From NCBI GenBank assembly GCA_002281295.1, contig NCFS01000003.1, positions 7,577 through 71,576 of the forward strand: a stretch of DNA of 64,000 nucleotides, written 5' to 3'. This document shows, in pieces, positions 1 to 11,459 of the stretch (the stretch's first letter is position 1; each line of letters opens with the position of its first letter). The position numbers and the translations under genes were made by a program. This DNA comes from Halothiobacillus sp. 35-54-62 (GTDB taxonomy: Bacteria > Pseudomonadota > Gammaproteobacteria > Halothiobacillales > Halothiobacillaceae). The notes under the pieces are model-generated. The model saw only the letters and a list, made by a program, of their open reading frames with translations, was not told the origin of the DNA and ran no database searches.

Positions 1-268
1 AGCCCACTTCGGTGAATTTGGTGGCTTCGATTTTTAAAAAGGGGGCATCGGCTAGTTTGGCCAATCGCCGCGCAATTTCGGTTTTGCCCACGCCGGTAGG
101 CCCAATCATCAGGATGTTTTTTGGGGTGATTTCGCCGCGCAAGGGTTCGGGAATTTGCTGGCGGCGCCAGCGATTGCGCAAAGCAATGGCGACAGCGCGC
201 TTGGCGGCGGCTTGGCCGACGATGTGTTTATCGAGTTCAGCCACAATTTGTTGGGGTGTTAAATTCAT
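1..268 (-). CDS. hslU: ATP-dependent protease ATPase subunit HslU, N-terminal part (gene continues beyond window start)
   Basis: Reverse translation from the ATG at 266-268 gives [38 protein letters not shown]...[23 protein letters not shown]. This contains Walker A GPTGVGKT and is collinear with the E. coli HslU N-terminus. The start overlaps the hslV stop by 4 nt. Confidence 0.9.
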   Translation of the reverse strand, partial: MNLTPQQIVAELDKHIVGQAAAKRAVAIALRNRWRRQQIPEPLRGEITPKNILMIGPTGVGKTEIARRLAKLADAPFLKIEATKFTEVG

Positions 269-804
269 GCGTCGAGTACTTCAATAGTGAAATTATGATT
301 GGTATAAATGCAAATATCGCCGGCGATGGTGAGCGCCGATTCAACAATGCTGCGGGCTTCAAGATCGCTATGGCGCAGCAAGGCCGTGGCGGCGGCTTGG
401 GCAAAGGCACCGCCTGAACCGATGGCAATCAGATCGGTTTCCGGTTCTATCACATCGCCATTGCCACTGATGGTGAGCATGTGGGTGCGATCGGCCACCA
501 CGAGCATGGCCTCAAGCCTGCGCATGGCGCGGTCGGTGCGCCATTCTTTGGCAAGCTCCACGGCGGAGCGCAATAAATTGCCGCCGTATTTTTCGAGTTT
601 AGCTTCAAATTTTTCAAATAAGGTGAAGGCATCGGCGGTGGCGCCGGCAAATCCCGCCAACACTTCACCGTTGTATAGCCGCCGTACTTTGCGGGCATTG
701 CCTTTTATGACGGTGTTGCCGAGGGTTACTTGGCCATCGCCGCCAATCACGGTTTGGTTGTTTTTGCGCACACACAAAATAGTGGTGCCGTGAAAATTTT
801 CCAT
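265..804 (-). CDS. hslV: ATP-dependent protease peptidase subunit HslV
   Basis: The 179-aa ORF begins [43 protein letters not shown], with the catalytic Thr after processing. It has the typical HslV length and lies directly upstream of hslU. Confidence 0.95.
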   Translation of the reverse strand: MENFHGTTILCVRKNNQTVIGGDGQVTLGNTVIKGNARKVRRLYNGEVLAGFAGATADAFTLFEKFEAKLEKYGGNLLRSAVELAKEWRTDRAMRRLEAMLVVADRTHMLTISGNGDVIEPETDLIAIGSGGAFAQAAATALLRHSDLEARSIVESALTIAGDICIYTNHNFTIEVLDA

Positions 805-861
805 TTAGAGCCTTTGCTGCGGAGTTTTAACGGATGAGGCGCAATTTGCGCGCGCCGTATT

Positions 862-890
862 AATGTGGGTTGCTTCAGTAAAATATCAAT
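862..890 (-). promoter_or_regulatory. Candidate sigma-32 (heat-shock) type promoter for hslVU
   Basis: The minus strand reads ATTGATA-N14-CCCACATT about 60 nt upstream of the hslV ATG. This resembles the CTTGAAA-N13-15-CCCCATnT consensus, and hslVU is a sigma-32 operon in E. coli. Confidence 0.3.
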
Positions 891-906
891 CGCTGTGCTT
901 AATTTT

Positions 907-1863
907 TTATGGCAGGTTCGGCGGGCTGCTGGGTTTTTGGCGTTGTGCGCGGGGGTGCGCGGCTTCATAGACCGCGGCTAAACGCTGAAAATCCAGATGG
1001 GTGTAAATTTGTGTGGTGGCCAGGCTTTCGTGCCCGAGCAGCTCTTGTACCGCCCGTAAATCGCCTGACGATTCCAGCAAGTGGGTTGCAAACGCATGGC
1101 GCAACTGGTGCGGGTGAAGCGATTGCCCGAGCGCGGTGTGCTGCGATAAACGGGCTAAGCGGTATTGAACCGAACGGGTGGTGAGCCGTGCGCCCAGCTG
1201 GTTCACAAATAAGGCCGGTTCGCTTGCATCCCGCAGCAGGCTTCTTCGCAGGGGTAACCAGGCTTCAATGCGGGTAATGGCTTGGCTGCCCACGGGCACG
1301 AGCCGGGTTTTATCGCGCTTGCCGGTCACCCGGGCAATGCCCTCAGTTCGATCAATATCGCTTAAATTTAAGCCAACGAGTTCGGCTACCCGCAAGCCGC
1401 TGCTGTACAGCAATTCAAACATGCAGCGATCGCGGTGCAGCAAGAGGTTTTCTGCCACGGGTTGATCGAGGAGTTGATTGAGCGTTTCAATCGCCGGCGC
1501 ATTGGGTAGTTTTTTGCTGGCTTTGGGCGCTTTGAGGGCATCGGGGTTGGCGGGGCAGGGGATCAATTCGCTCTGCCAATAACGCAATAGCCAGCGTAGC
1601 GCAGAGGATTTGCGGGCGATGCTGCGATTGGTCAGCCCGGTTTCACGGCAATGCGCGAGATAAGCGCGCAGGTGTATATCGTTAAGTGCGGCGGGCGACG
1701 AGAGGGTTTGCGCCTGCGCGAAGTCTTCTAATTGTTGCCAATCGATGAGATAAGCCGAGCGGGTTTTGGGCGCCAAGGGGGCGCTGTGAAGCAGGGCAAA
1801 GCGCGCCTGCGCCATGGCCGCAGAAAACTCAGCACAGGCGGGCAACAAGGGCGCATCTGTCAT
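907..1863 (-). CDS. xerC: Tyrosine site-specific recombinase XerC
   Basis: The 318-aa ORF has the C-terminal catalytic region [41 protein letters not shown] (R..HxxR..Y). It is preceded by a DUF484 gene, as in the conserved yigA-xerC arrangement. Confidence 0.88.
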   Translation of the reverse strand: MTDAPLLPACAEFSAAMAQARFALLHSAPLAPKTRSAYLIDWQQLEDFAQAQTLSSPAALNDIHLRAYLAHCRETGLTNRSIARKSSALRWLLRYWQSELIPCPANPDALKAPKASKKLPNAPAIETLNQLLDQPVAENLLLHRDRCMFELLYSSGLRVAELVGLNLSDIDRTEGIARVTGKRDKTRLVPVGSQAITRIEAWLPLRRSLLRDASEPALFVNQLGARLTTRSVQYRLARLSQHTALGQSLHPHQLRHAFATHLLESSGDLRAVQELLGHESLATTQIYTHLDFQRLAAVYEAAHPRAQRQKPSSPPNLP

Positions 1864-2585
1864 GAGGCGCTCGTGTGTTCACAGGTTAAGTACGCCGTTA
1901 CCAACTCACCAATTTGCGTTAAAAATAAGGTGCCTTGGCTCGGGTTAAAGCCATCAGGCGTGATTCGGCCTAATGCGAGAATCCAGCGCGGCTTGGCCAA
2001 ATTTGAACCGATGGCGATTAACGCCGCCGAACCGGTGTCGGGTAATGCCGCGCCGAACAGGGCTCGGCGTTGAGCCTCGCTTAAGCGGCCACACAGGGGC
2101 GCGCGGCTGGCAAGCCAGCCTTCGAGCAGGTGTTGGGTTGGATGATTCAGGGATTCAATGGCAATTAACTGGGCGGCATCAACCGCGAAATGTTGATGCA
2201 CTAACGCGACCACCTGTTCGGCCGTTCGCTCGGTTGCATTGAGCAAGGCGCAGGCGAATTGATGCAATACGCTATCAAGCGCGGCGTTCGCTTCTGCTGT
2301 GGCACGCAACGTATCCATCGCAAAATTTAGCCGGCTGAGTTTTTCGCGCCAAAGACGCAGTTGCGTATGCGGCAATGAGGCCACGCCATCGGGCGGCTTG
2401 GGCAGGCTGAGATCAGCGAATAAATCGGGCTGTTGCAGCGCTAAGGCTTGCAGCACGGATGAAAGCTCGGTCGCGCAGTGCGTGGCCAAAAAATCGGGGT
2501 TATGTGTCAAAAAATCAGACCAACTGCGCGCATCTGGAGTCGGGTCTGTGGTTAAAATCAATCGGGCGGTAGCTTCAGTTGTCAT
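1860..2585 (-). CDS. DUF484 (YigA-like) protein
   Basis: The 241-aa ORF overlaps the xerC start by 4 nt. Its position and size match the DUF484 gene usually found upstream of xerC. No catalytic motif was recognised. Confidence 0.7.
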   Translation of the reverse strand: MTTEATARLILTTDPTPDARSWSDFLTHNPDFLATHCATELSSVLQALALQQPDLFADLSLPKPPDGVASLPHTQLRLWREKLSRLNFAMDTLRATAEANAALDSVLHQFACALLNATERTAEQVVALVHQHFAVDAAQLIAIESLNHPTQHLLEGWLASRAPLCGRLSEAQRRALFGAALPDTGSAALIAIGSNLAKPRWILALGRITPDGFNPSQGTLFLTQIGELVTAYLTCEHTSAS

Positions 2586-2899
2586 GATGAATTTTTATCT
2601 TAAATATGCGCCGAAACAAAGGCTTTGTTGAACATTAACCTTTATCTGGCTGAGCTGCAATTGTGGCCTATTTAAGCTCGGCAGATCCTTATGGCAGGCG
2701 ATGAGCATCTTTGGTGTGCTTATGGTGATTAATTTGCTTTATAATGAGCGCGCTTATTTCTTGCCGGGCCCGTATCCGGGCGGAATAAGTGAATAAATTC
2801 CAGATTCGGAACACGCTGCCACATTGTGGCAACCCACCCCGTATCGCCCCTGAAACACGCGGTTTTTTGTAGGAGCCGCCACTGCCAAAGGAGAGCGTC

Positions 2900-4813
2900 A
2901 TGCCGACGATTACCCTGCCTGATTCTTCACAGCGCCATTTTGATCACCCCGTTAGCTTGGCTGATATTGCCGCCAATATTGGCGCGGGTTTAGCTAAAGC
3001 CGCCCTTGCCGGAAAAATAGAGGGCAAATTGGTCGATTTATCCCGCGTGGTTGAAACCGATGCCCACATCGCCATCATTACGGCCAAAGACCCCGAGGGC
3101 TTGGAGGTAATTCGGCATTCTACCGCGCATCTCATGGCGCAAGCCGTCAAGCAGTTATACCCAGAGGCGCAGGTGACGATTGGTCCTGTGATTGACAGCG
3201 GCTTTTATTATGATTTTTATTTTGATCGCCCCTTTAATGACGACGATTTAGCAGCGATTGAAGCGCGCATGCACGCGCTGGCGGCTCAAGGTGATGTGCT
3301 GGTTCGCAAGGTGGTCGATCGGGCCGATGCCATCCGCTATTTCCATGATTTGGGTGAAGCCTTTAAGGTGGAAATTATCGAAAGCATCCCCGGCAACGAG
3401 GAGCTAACGCTTTATACCCAAGGCGATTTCACCGACTTTTGTCGGGGGCCGCATGTGCCAAATACCAATAAACTCGGTGTATTTAAGCTCATGAAAGTGG
3501 CGGGCGCTTATTGGCGCGGAGATTCCAAAAACCCGATGCTGACCCGCATTTATGGCACCGCCTTCGCGACCGATAAAGAACTCAAGGCGCATTTAACGCA
3601 GCTGGCCGAAGCCGAAAAGCGCGACCATCGCCGAATTGGTAAGCAGCAAAACTTATTTCATTTTCAAGAAGAAGCGCCCGGATTGGTGTTTTGGCACCCC
3701 AAGGGTTGGGCCTTGTGGCAAGTCATCGAGCAACACATGCGTGGTGTGTATCGCCAATCGGGTTACGCGGAAATTCGTTGCCCCCAAATTTTAGATGTGA
3801 GCCTGTGGAAAAAATCGGGTCATTGGGATAATTACCAAGAAAATATGTTCTTTACCGAGTCGGAAAAGCGCACGTTTGCGGTTAAACCGATGAATTGCCC
3901 GGGTCATGTGCAAGTGTTTAATCACGGGTTGCATAGTTATCGTGATCTGCCCATTCGCTATGGTGAGTTCGGTGCTTGCCACCGCAACGAGCCTTCGGGC
4001 GCGCTGCACGGCATTTTGCGTGTGCGCGGTTTTACGCAAGATGACGGCCATATTTTTTGTATGGAAAGCCAAATTGAGCCAGAGGTTCGGGCATTCCACG
4101 CACAGGCGCTGGCGGTATATGCCACCTTCGGCTTTACCGATATTCAAGTCAAAATTGCCTTGCGCCCTGAAAAACGCCTCGGCACCGATGCCGTCTGGGA
4201 TGAAGCCGAGGCGGCCTTGCGCGGCGCCTTGGCCGCCGCTGGCGTGCACTGGACAGAGCTTCCGGGGGAGGGCGCGTTTTACGGGCCGAAAATTGAATAT
4301 CACTTAAAAGATGCGATTGGCCGCACTTGGCAGCTCGGCACCATCCAAGTCGATTTCATGATGCCAGAGCGCTTAGGTGCCACCTATGTCGATGAGCACA
4401 GCGAGCGCCGCCATCCCGTGATGTTGCACCGCGCGATTGTGGGGTCAATGGAGCGTTTTATCGGGATTTTAATCGAGCACCACGCCGGGTTTTTGCCCTT
4501 GTGGCTTGCGCCCGTGCAGGTGGTGGTGATGGGGATTACCGACAAGCATGCCGAGTATGTGAAAGAAGTCACTCGGCGTTTGAAGGCTGTGGGGTTGCGG
4601 GTTGAAGAAGATCTGCGCAACGAAAAAGTCGGTTTTAAAATCCGCGAACATACGCTCGAGCGCGTGCCCTATTTGCTGGTTGCCGGTGATCGCGAAGTGG
4701 AAACCATCAGCATTGCGCTGCGCACCCGCGAAGGCCAAGATTTGGGCGTAATCACCATCGATGCCTTGATCGAGCGGCTCACAACCGAGGCGCGTCAACA
4801 AGCGCAAGGTTAA
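2900..4813 (+). CDS. thrS: Threonine--tRNA ligase
   Basis: The 637-aa ORF has a TGS-like N-terminus ([24 protein letters not shown]), class II motifs ([14 protein letters not shown]-like, [28 protein letters not shown]) and a GGAG SD-like sequence (AAAGGAGAG) upstream. Confidence 0.97.
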   Translation: MPTITLPDSSQRHFDHPVSLADIAANIGAGLAKAALAGKIEGKLVDLSRVVETDAHIAIITAKDPEGLEVIRHSTAHLMAQAVKQLYPEAQVTIGPVIDSGFYYDFYFDRPFNDDDLAAIEARMHALAAQGDVLVRKVVDRADAIRYFHDLGEAFKVEIIESIPGNEELTLYTQGDFTDFCRGPHVPNTNKLGVFKLMKVAGAYWRGDSKNPMLTRIYGTAFATDKELKAHLTQLAEAEKRDHRRIGKQQNLFHFQEEAPGLVFWHPKGWALWQVIEQHMRGVYRQSGYAEIRCPQILDVSLWKKSGHWDNYQENMFFTESEKRTFAVKPMNCPGHVQVFNHGLHSYRDLPIRYGEFGACHRNEPSGALHGILRVRGFTQDDGHIFCMESQIEPEVRAFHAQALAVYATFGFTDIQVKIALRPEKRLGTDAVWDEAEAALRGALAAAGVHWTELPGEGAFYGPKIEYHLKDAIGRTWQLGTIQVDFMMPERLGATYVDEHSERRHPVMLHRAIVGSMERFIGILIEHHAGFLPLWLAPVQVVVMGITDKHAEYVKEVTRRLKAVGLRVEEDLRNEKVGFKIREHTLERVPYLLVAGDREVETISIALRTREGQDLGVITIDALIERLTTEARQQAQG

Positions 4814-5107
4814 AAACAAAAGCGGCGCATCAATCAACGCATCTACATTAAATGCGTTGAGCCGGGTGGGGCGAATGCCTTTGCTTGGCAAAATAGCCGC
4901 TATTGGGTCGATAACAATCGGGTGCTTGTACGCTTTCGCGCAGGGTGTTGCGCAATTGCTTGTTTCAATGGGTGGCAATGCGTATTAACATGGCCAACTT
5001 CTGAGATTAGGCGGTACGCCGAGTCGATAAGGCGATCTTCATGCGGCAGCTCCTTTTAATCGGGTTGTGCCTGAAGGTTACATTTTTAGTATTTTGAGGA
5101 TAAGAAC

Positions 5108-5662
5108 ATAGCTCAGCTCCGTGCACAAACGCCCCCCGCCACGCGTGATTCTGATGAACCGCGTATCAATGGTGAAATCACCGCCCGTGAAGTTCGACTC
5201 GTCGATGAGAATGGCGAACAAGCCGGTATCGTGCGCACGCGCGATGCGTTAGATCGAGCCATTGCGGTCGCCCTTGATTTGGTTGAAGTTTCCGCAACCG
5301 CCAATCCCCCTGTTTGCAAAATCATGGATTACGGTAAATTTAAATATCAGCAGAGCAAAAAGCTGGCTGAAGCGCGCAAGAAACAAAAACAAATCGAAGT
5401 AAAGGAAATTAAATTCCGCCCCGGCACTGAAGACCACGATTATCAAGTCAAAATGCGCAGCATCATCCGATTTTTGGAAGAGGGTGATAAAGCCAAAATC
5501 ACGTTGCGTTTTCGTGGGCGAGAGATGGCGCACAAGGAAATTGCAGGCGAGTTGCTGGATCGAATCGAAAAAGATTTGCTCGAACTGGCCGTTGTAGAGC
5601 AGCGCCCGAAAATGGAAGGCCGTCAAGTCACGATGGTATTGGCGCCTAAAAAGACCAGCTAA
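5108..5662 (+). CDS. infC: Translation initiation factor IF-3, predicted non-canonical ATA start
   Basis: The frame is open from 5090. Conserved IF3 N-domain residues ([24 protein letters not shown]) lie upstream of the first canonical start, GTG at 5231. There is no ATG/GTG/TTG in frame between the stop at 5087 and 5231. ATA at 5108 sits 7 nt after GAGGA (5096-5100). Confidence 0.8.
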   Translation: MAQLRAQTPPATRDSDEPRINGEITAREVRLVDENGEQAGIVRTRDALDRAIAVALDLVEVSATANPPVCKIMDYGKFKYQQSKKLAEARKKQKQIEVKEIKFRPGTEDHDYQVKMRSIIRFLEEGDKAKITLRFRGREMAHKEIAGELLDRIEKDLLELAVVEQRPKMEGRQVTMVLAPKKTS

Positions 5663-5943
5663 CGCGCCAAAAGCAAGGGAAAAAAGCAAGGGAAATCACT
5701 TGATTTTTCTTGAGGTTGCGTTTATAGTTTCGCGCCGCTGAATTGTGAGCTTATGGGGTTTTCCCCCTATGCTTAGGGTTTATGCGCTTCCCCGTGGCGT
5801 TAAGGGGTTCATTCCTTTTTCGCCATTGACTTGCCTTTGGATTTTTTAATGCAAAGTTCAAGGATTGGGAAAATAGCCTCAACTGCGTTCATTAACTCCG
5901 ACGCATTGGGTGTCACAACACTACGGTAAAACTGGAGTCGATC

Positions 5944-6138
5944 ATGCCGAAGATCAAATCTAATCGCGGCGCTGCCAAGCGGTTTAAAATCACCGCTGGC
6001 GGTGTTAAGCGTAAACAGTCGCATATGCGTCATATTCTGACCAAAAAGTCATCCAAGCGTAAGCGGCAGTTGGGTTCACCCGCGTTCGTGCACGAGCGTG
6101 ATGTTCCTTCAATTCACATCATGTTGCCCTACGCGTAA
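5944..6138 (+). CDS. rpmI: 50S ribosomal protein L35
   Basis: The 64-aa ORF begins [43 protein letters not shown], a typical L35, and sits between infC and rplT. Confidence 0.95.
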   Translation: MPKIKSNRGAAKRFKITAGGVKRKQSHMRHILTKKSSKRKRQLGSPAFVHERDVPSIHIMLPYA

Positions 6139-6151
6139 GGAGAGCTGAACC

Positions 6152-6511
6152 ATGGCCAGAGTAAAACGGGGCGTTAACGCCCACGCAAAACATAAAAAAA
6201 TCTTAGCGAAAGCCAAAGGTTATTACGGTGCCCGTTCACGCACCTTCCGCGTTGCGCACCAGGCGGTCATTAAAGCCGGCCAATATGCGTATCGCGACCG
6301 TCGCGCCAAAAAACGCGTGTTCCGTGCGTTGTGGATTACCCGCATTAATGCCGAAGCGCGCAACAACAACTTGTCCTACAGCCGTTTGATGGATGGTATT
6401 CATAAAGCGAATATCGAAATTGATCGCAAAGTATTGGCAGATTTGGCTGTGTTCGATAAGCCTGCGTTTGCTGCCATTGCATCACAAGCTAAGGCGGCGT
6501 TGGGTCTGTAA
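6152..6511 (+). CDS. rplT: 50S ribosomal protein L20
   Basis: The 119-aa ORF begins [51 protein letters not shown], a typical L20. Confidence 0.97.
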   Translation: MARVKRGVNAHAKHKKILAKAKGYYGARSRTFRVAHQAVIKAGQYAYRDRRAKKRVFRALWITRINAEARNNNLSYSRLMDGIHKANIEIDRKVLADLAVFDKPAFAAIASQAKAALGL

Positions 6512-6547
6512 GTTTTGTCCTCTTAAGGGGTAAGACTTGGATACAAT

Positions 6548-6572
6548 AAGGCGCTCACATGAGCGCCTTTTT
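6548..6572 (+). terminator. Rho-independent terminator after rplT
   Basis: A perfect 9-bp stem (AAGGCGCTC / GAGCGCCTT) with an ACAT loop is followed by a T-run. Confidence 0.6.
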
Positions 6573-6576
6573 AATT

Positions 6577-6717
6577 AAGGAACCTCTGATCAAATCCTTT
6601 GTGAGCCGAGTTGCTGATCCAAAAGCCGCAAAACGAGGCAGAGGCCGCCGGTCGTAGTTATTCTACGAATCCAAAAAAGCCCGTCTCGGCCACAAGGGAT
6701 TTGATCAGAGGTTCCTT
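6577..6717. mobile_element. MITE-like palindromic repeat, family B, short copy (141 bp)
   Basis: Terminal inverted repeats of about 33 bp: AAGGAACCTCTGATCAAATCCTTTGTGAGCCGAG / CTCGGCCACAAGGGATTTGATCAGAGGTTCCTT. The internal sequence recurs, in reverse complement, at 51397-51703. No ORF. Confidence 0.65.
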
Positions 6718-6735
6718 AAGCCAATGGCTTATTAA

Positions 6736-7869
<1,134 letters not shown>

Positions 7870-7912
7870 AACGGCACCGTTACTCCTTACCGCTTAAAAT
7901 CGCGAGAATGTT

Positions 7913-10336
7913 ATGAGATTTTCAGAGTCTTGGTTGCGTGAATGGATCAATCCCCCGGTTGATACCCCTCAATTGGGGCATCGCCTCACCATGATTGGGC
8001 TTGAGGTTGATGCCATTGAGCGGGCAGCGCCGGCGTTTTCGGGGGTGGTCGTGGCGTTAGTGTTGTCGGTTGAGCCGCATCCTGAGGCCGATAAGCTCAA
8101 AATTACCCGAGTTAGCGATGGCACATCAGAGTTTCAAATTGTGTGTGGCGCGCCGAATGTCACCACCGGAATACGGGTGCCCTTGGCAACGCTCGGGGCG
8201 CAATTGCCCGATGGCTTGGTGATAAAATCTGCCCAATTGCGGGGCGTGGCCTCTGAGGGCATGTTGTGCTCAGCGACCGAATTGGGGTTGCCAAGCGCGG
8301 TCGATGGCCTGTGGGTATTGCCCGATGATGCGCCCTTGGGTGCCTCGATTCGAGATTGGTTAAACCTAGATGATGCCGTCATTGAATTGGGCATAACCCC
8401 CAATCGGGGCGATGCCCTATCGATTCTCGGTTTAGCGCGGGATTGCTCCGCCTTGTTCGATTTGGATATCACCCCGCCGCCGCCCAGCGTGCTGGTGACG
8501 GATTCAAGCGTTGCCCCACAAAAAGCGCAAATTCAATCGCTCGCCGATTGCCCAATCTATTTAACCCAAGTCATCGAAGGGATTGCGGTGGGGCGCCGCA
8601 CCCCGTTGTGGCTGAGTGAACGCCTGCGCCGAGCTGGCATGGGCACAATCGACCCCATTGTCGATGTGTGTAATTACGTCATGCTAGAATTGGGGCAACC
8701 CCTGCATGCCTTTGATCGCGCCGAGCTTCAGGGCGAATTACAGGTTCGGCGGGCCACCGCACAAGAGCCGTTACTGGCTCTAAATAAACAAACCCTGAGC
8801 TTAGATGCCGAATGCCTTGTGATTGCCGATGCCCACAGCGTTGTTGCGCTGGCGGGGATTATCGGTGGGCAAAATTCTGCCGTGCGCAATGAAACCACCG
8901 CCATAGTGCTCGAATCGGCACATTTTACGCCCGAAGTCATTGCCGGACGGGCGCGCCGCTTAGGCTTAACGACCGATGCGGCCTTTCGCTTTGAGCGGGG
9001 TGTTGATCCGAATTTACCCGCGCGCGCGTTAGCCCGTGCGACCGAATTGATTTTATCGATTTGTGGGGGAGCCGCCGGCGTCGTAGCAGTGGCCGGTGGA
9101 GTGATAGCGCAGCGCCCCGCCATTGAATTGGATATGGCGTGGGCAGAGCGGCGTTTGGGGTTGGCGATTGAGCCCGCGCTGGCTGAAAAACTGCTAACTC
9201 GGCTCGGGTGTGGTCTGGTGGCGCAAGGGGCTGGTGTGTTTCAAGTGACCCCGCCGAGTCACCGGTTTGATTTATCGATTCCCGAAGATTTACTCGAAGA
9301 GCTCGCGCGCCTGATTGGCTACGATGCTTTTCGCTCCCCCATGGGGCGTGCGCCACTCACGATTGGCACGCGGCCTGAAACTGAAAACAGCACCGCGCAA
9401 CTTGCCGACTTTATGGTGAAACGCGGTTATTTTGAGGCCATTACCTACAGTTTTATCGATCCGGAGATCGCCTCGCTATTTGATGAGGCGCCTGCTATCG
9501 CCTTGGCTAACCCCATTTCAAGCGAGATGGCGGTTATGCGTCAAAGCTTGTGGCCGGGCTTATTGAGTGCGGTCAAATACAATCAGAGTCGGCAGCAAAC
9601 GCGGGTACGTTTATTTGAACTGGGGCGCATTTTTACGGGCAGCTTGAATGCACAAAATTTGGATGGCGTGCAAGAAACCGATCAATTAGCGGCCGTCATT
9701 TGTGGCTCGCGTCTGCCCGAACAGTGGGCTGAAAAGCCAATGGCGGTTGATTTTTTCGACCTCAAAGGCGATTGTGAAGCCCTATTGCAAGCGATGGGGC
9801 TGGCATTAACCGCCCAAGGGGCGGCCTATGAGCGCCCGGTGGTCACCTTCCGTGCACCGACCCAAGCGGGGCACAAAGCCTTGCATCCGGGGCAAAGTGC
9901 AGACATCGAAATTGAGGGTCATCTTTGTGGGCGGTTAGGTGCCTTGCATCCTGCCGTGGCCGAGCGCTTTGATTTAACCGGCGCTATTTTTCTGCTTGAG
10001 CTTAATCTTGATGCGGTGAAAAATCGCCGATTACCCGCCAATCGGTCGCGCTCACGCTTTCCTCATATCCGGCGCGATCTTGCCTTGCTTAAGCCTGTGG
10101 CATTAACCGCCGCCGAGTTGCTCGCCATTATTGAAGCCGATCGCCCGGCTTGTTTGCAGTCGGTCGCTATTTTTGATCGCTACACAGGCGCCGGCATTGA
10201 GCCCGGTTTTGAAAGCGTTGCCGTGAAGCTAATTTTCCAAGAATCTGAACGTACCCTGACGGATGATGAAATCGTCGGTATAATCAGCAACATACGCGCT
10301 AAACTAGCGCAACATCACATTCAATTGCGTACCTGA
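7913..10336 (+). CDS. pheT: Phenylalanine--tRNA ligase beta subunit
   Basis: The 807-aa ORF begins [16 protein letters not shown], has B3/4 and B5 regions, and follows pheS. Confidence 0.97.
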   Translation: MRFSESWLREWINPPVDTPQLGHRLTMIGLEVDAIERAAPAFSGVVVALVLSVEPHPEADKLKITRVSDGTSEFQIVCGAPNVTTGIRVPLATLGAQLPDGLVIKSAQLRGVASEGMLCSATELGLPSAVDGLWVLPDDAPLGASIRDWLNLDDAVIELGITPNRGDALSILGLARDCSALFDLDITPPPPSVLVTDSSVAPQKAQIQSLADCPIYLTQVIEGIAVGRRTPLWLSERLRRAGMGTIDPIVDVCNYVMLELGQPLHAFDRAELQGELQVRRATAQEPLLALNKQTLSLDAECLVIADAHSVVALAGIIGGQNSAVRNETTAIVLESAHFTPEVIAGRARRLGLTTDAAFRFERGVDPNLPARALARATELILSICGGAAGVVAVAGGVIAQRPAIELDMAWAERRLGLAIEPALAEKLLTRLGCGLVAQGAGVFQVTPPSHRFDLSIPEDLLEELARLIGYDAFRSPMGRAPLTIGTRPETENSTAQLADFMVKRGYFEAITYSFIDPEIASLFDEAPAIALANPISSEMAVMRQSLWPGLLSAVKYNQSRQQTRVRLFELGRIFTGSLNAQNLDGVQETDQLAAVICGSRLPEQWAEKPMAVDFFDLKGDCEALLQAMGLALTAQGAAYERPVVTFRAPTQAGHKALHPGQSADIEIEGHLCGRLGALHPAVAERFDLTGAIFLLELNLDAVKNRRLPANRSRSRFPHIRRDLALLKPVALTAAELLAIIEADRPACLQSVAIFDRYTGAGIEPGFESVAVKLIFQESERTLTDDEIVGIISNIRAKLAQHHIQLRT

Positions 10337-10349
10337 AGGATTGTATTTT

Positions 10350-10652
10350 ATGGCCTTAACTAAAGCCGACATGGTCGAAAAGCTCCACATGGATTTGGGT
10401 TTAAATAAACGCGAAGCCAAGGATTTTGTTGATATTTTCTTTGAAGAATTGCGTGCCACCTTAGAATCAGGCGAGGAAATTAAACTCTCTGGTTTTGGTA
10501 ACTTTCAACTGCGCGATAAAAACGAGCGCCCGGGGCGCAACCCGCGCACAGGCGAAATGATCCCCGTTTCAGCGCGCCGAGTTGTCACCTTCCGAGCCGG
10601 GCAAAAGCTTAAAGCCATGGTCGAGGCCTATGACGGCTCAGTCGCTTCCTGA
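10350..10652 (+). CDS. ihfA: Integration host factor alpha subunit
   Basis: [88 protein letters not shown]. The ATG at 10350 lies 9 nt after GAAGGA. The ORF-track start at 10341 is a TTG extension. Confidence 0.9.
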   Translation: MALTKADMVEKLHMDLGLNKREAKDFVDIFFEELRATLESGEEIKLSGFGNFQLRDKNERPGRNPRTGEMIPVSARRVVTFRAGQKLKAMVEAYDGSVAS

Positions 10653-11265
10653 ATCGCCCCTGCCGCCGATTCCCAATAAACGCTACTTTACTATTGGTGA
10701 AGTGGGCGGCCTGTGCGATGTGAAATCGCATGTATTGCGTTATTGGGAGCAAGAATTCACCCAGCTTAAACCCACCAAACGTCGCGGCAATCGGCGCTAT
10801 TATCAGCGGCACGATATTGAGCTGATTCGGCTTATTCGTACCCTATTGTACGATCAAGGCTTTACGATTGCCGGTGCGCGCCAACAATTGGCGCAGGCGC
10901 AAAAAAATGCCCTGAACGCAGACGCCCCCGCCCCCGTTACCCCCCCCCGTGAGCCAACGCTCGATTGGCCGGCGCTGGCAAAAGATAGTGCCCTATCCGA
11001 ACCGCGATGGGACCCTGTGTTGGTTGTGTCTGGTGATGAGCGAGAGCCACCCCAGCGGTTGGCACCTAATTTGCGGTCAACGGCGGGCGTATTACCGGCG
11101 GTGTCTAACAAGGCTGACTATGGGGCGGCATTGCCTGTCACCCTGCCGGCCACCTTGCCCCCTAATGCTGCTGAGCCCGCGTTTTTTTCACCCAGCGTTA
11201 AGCCATTAATCCAAGTGCGCCAAGCGTTAGAGCAAATTTTAAAAGATTTAGAAGCCCAGTTTTAG
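10630..11265 (+). CDS. MerR-family transcriptional regulator with Pro/Ala-rich C-terminal tail
   Basis: An HTH region ([51 protein letters not shown]) is present. The ATG at 10630 overlaps the ihfA 3' end. A MerR gene after pheST-ihfA is a common arrangement in Gammaproteobacteria. Confidence 0.75.
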   Translation: MTAQSLPESPLPPIPNKRYFTIGEVGGLCDVKSHVLRYWEQEFTQLKPTKRRGNRRYYQRHDIELIRLIRTLLYDQGFTIAGARQQLAQAQKNALNADAPAPVTPPREPTLDWPALAKDSALSEPRWDPVLVVSGDEREPPQRLAPNLRSTAGVLPAVSNKADYGAALPVTLPATLPPNAAEPAFFSPSVKPLIQVRQALEQILKDLEAQF

Positions 11266-11287
11266 ATTACCTACCCCCCGCGCTGCT

Positions 11288-11412
11288 ATTGATTCGGCAC
11301 GAATAATCCATGAAACCGTAGGGTGCGCCATGCGCACCATTGAACCCATCGGTGCGCATGGCGCACCCTACGACTTAGCGGATAATCACGGATAAAACGA
11401 GCCGGATCAATA
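11288..11412. repeat. Palindromic intergenic repeat, family A, full copy (125 bp)
   Basis: The ends are TATTGATTCGG...CCGGATCAATA. The core is GTAGGGTGCGCCATGCGCACC-N11-GGTGCGCATGGCGCACCCTAC. Related copies lie at 25788-25852 and 49528-49653. Confidence 0.7.
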
Positions 11413-11459
11413 AAACCAAACAAGGCTAAATTTTTTTTTGGGGTAATTTGAAAGTGCAT

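Noticed and set aside
907-1863. Tyrosine recombinase as a possible marker of an integrated mobile element
   Set aside because: The DUF484-xerC arrangement next to hslVU, the overlap with the upstream gene, and the absence of flanking tRNA, att-like repeats or cargo genes all indicate the housekeeping chromosome-dimer resolvase XerC.
2690-2899. thrS leader as a tRNA-Thr anticodon-arm mimic operator (E. coli-type translational autoregulation)
   Set aside because: Hairpins exist (TGCCAC-ATT-GTGGCA at about 2818-2832; GCCCG-TATC-CGGGC at about 2768-2781). Their loops are 3-4 nt and lack the 7-nt anticodon-like loop with a CGU/UGU triplet, so the mimic cannot be supported from sequence alone.
5671-5695. 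Direct repeat AAGCAAGGGAAA x2 just after the infC stop, and the 280-nt infC-rpmI spacer as an L20-binding translational operator
   Set aside because: The repeat is short and A-rich. I could not identify the pseudoknot or the 23S-mimic structure by eye. The spacer probably holds the rpmI-rplT promoter and operator, but nothing specific can be supported.
8728-9356. 131-aa and 139-aa ORFs antisense to pheT
   Set aside because: They lie inside the conserved pheT coding region and have low-complexity Ala/Arg/Pro composition.
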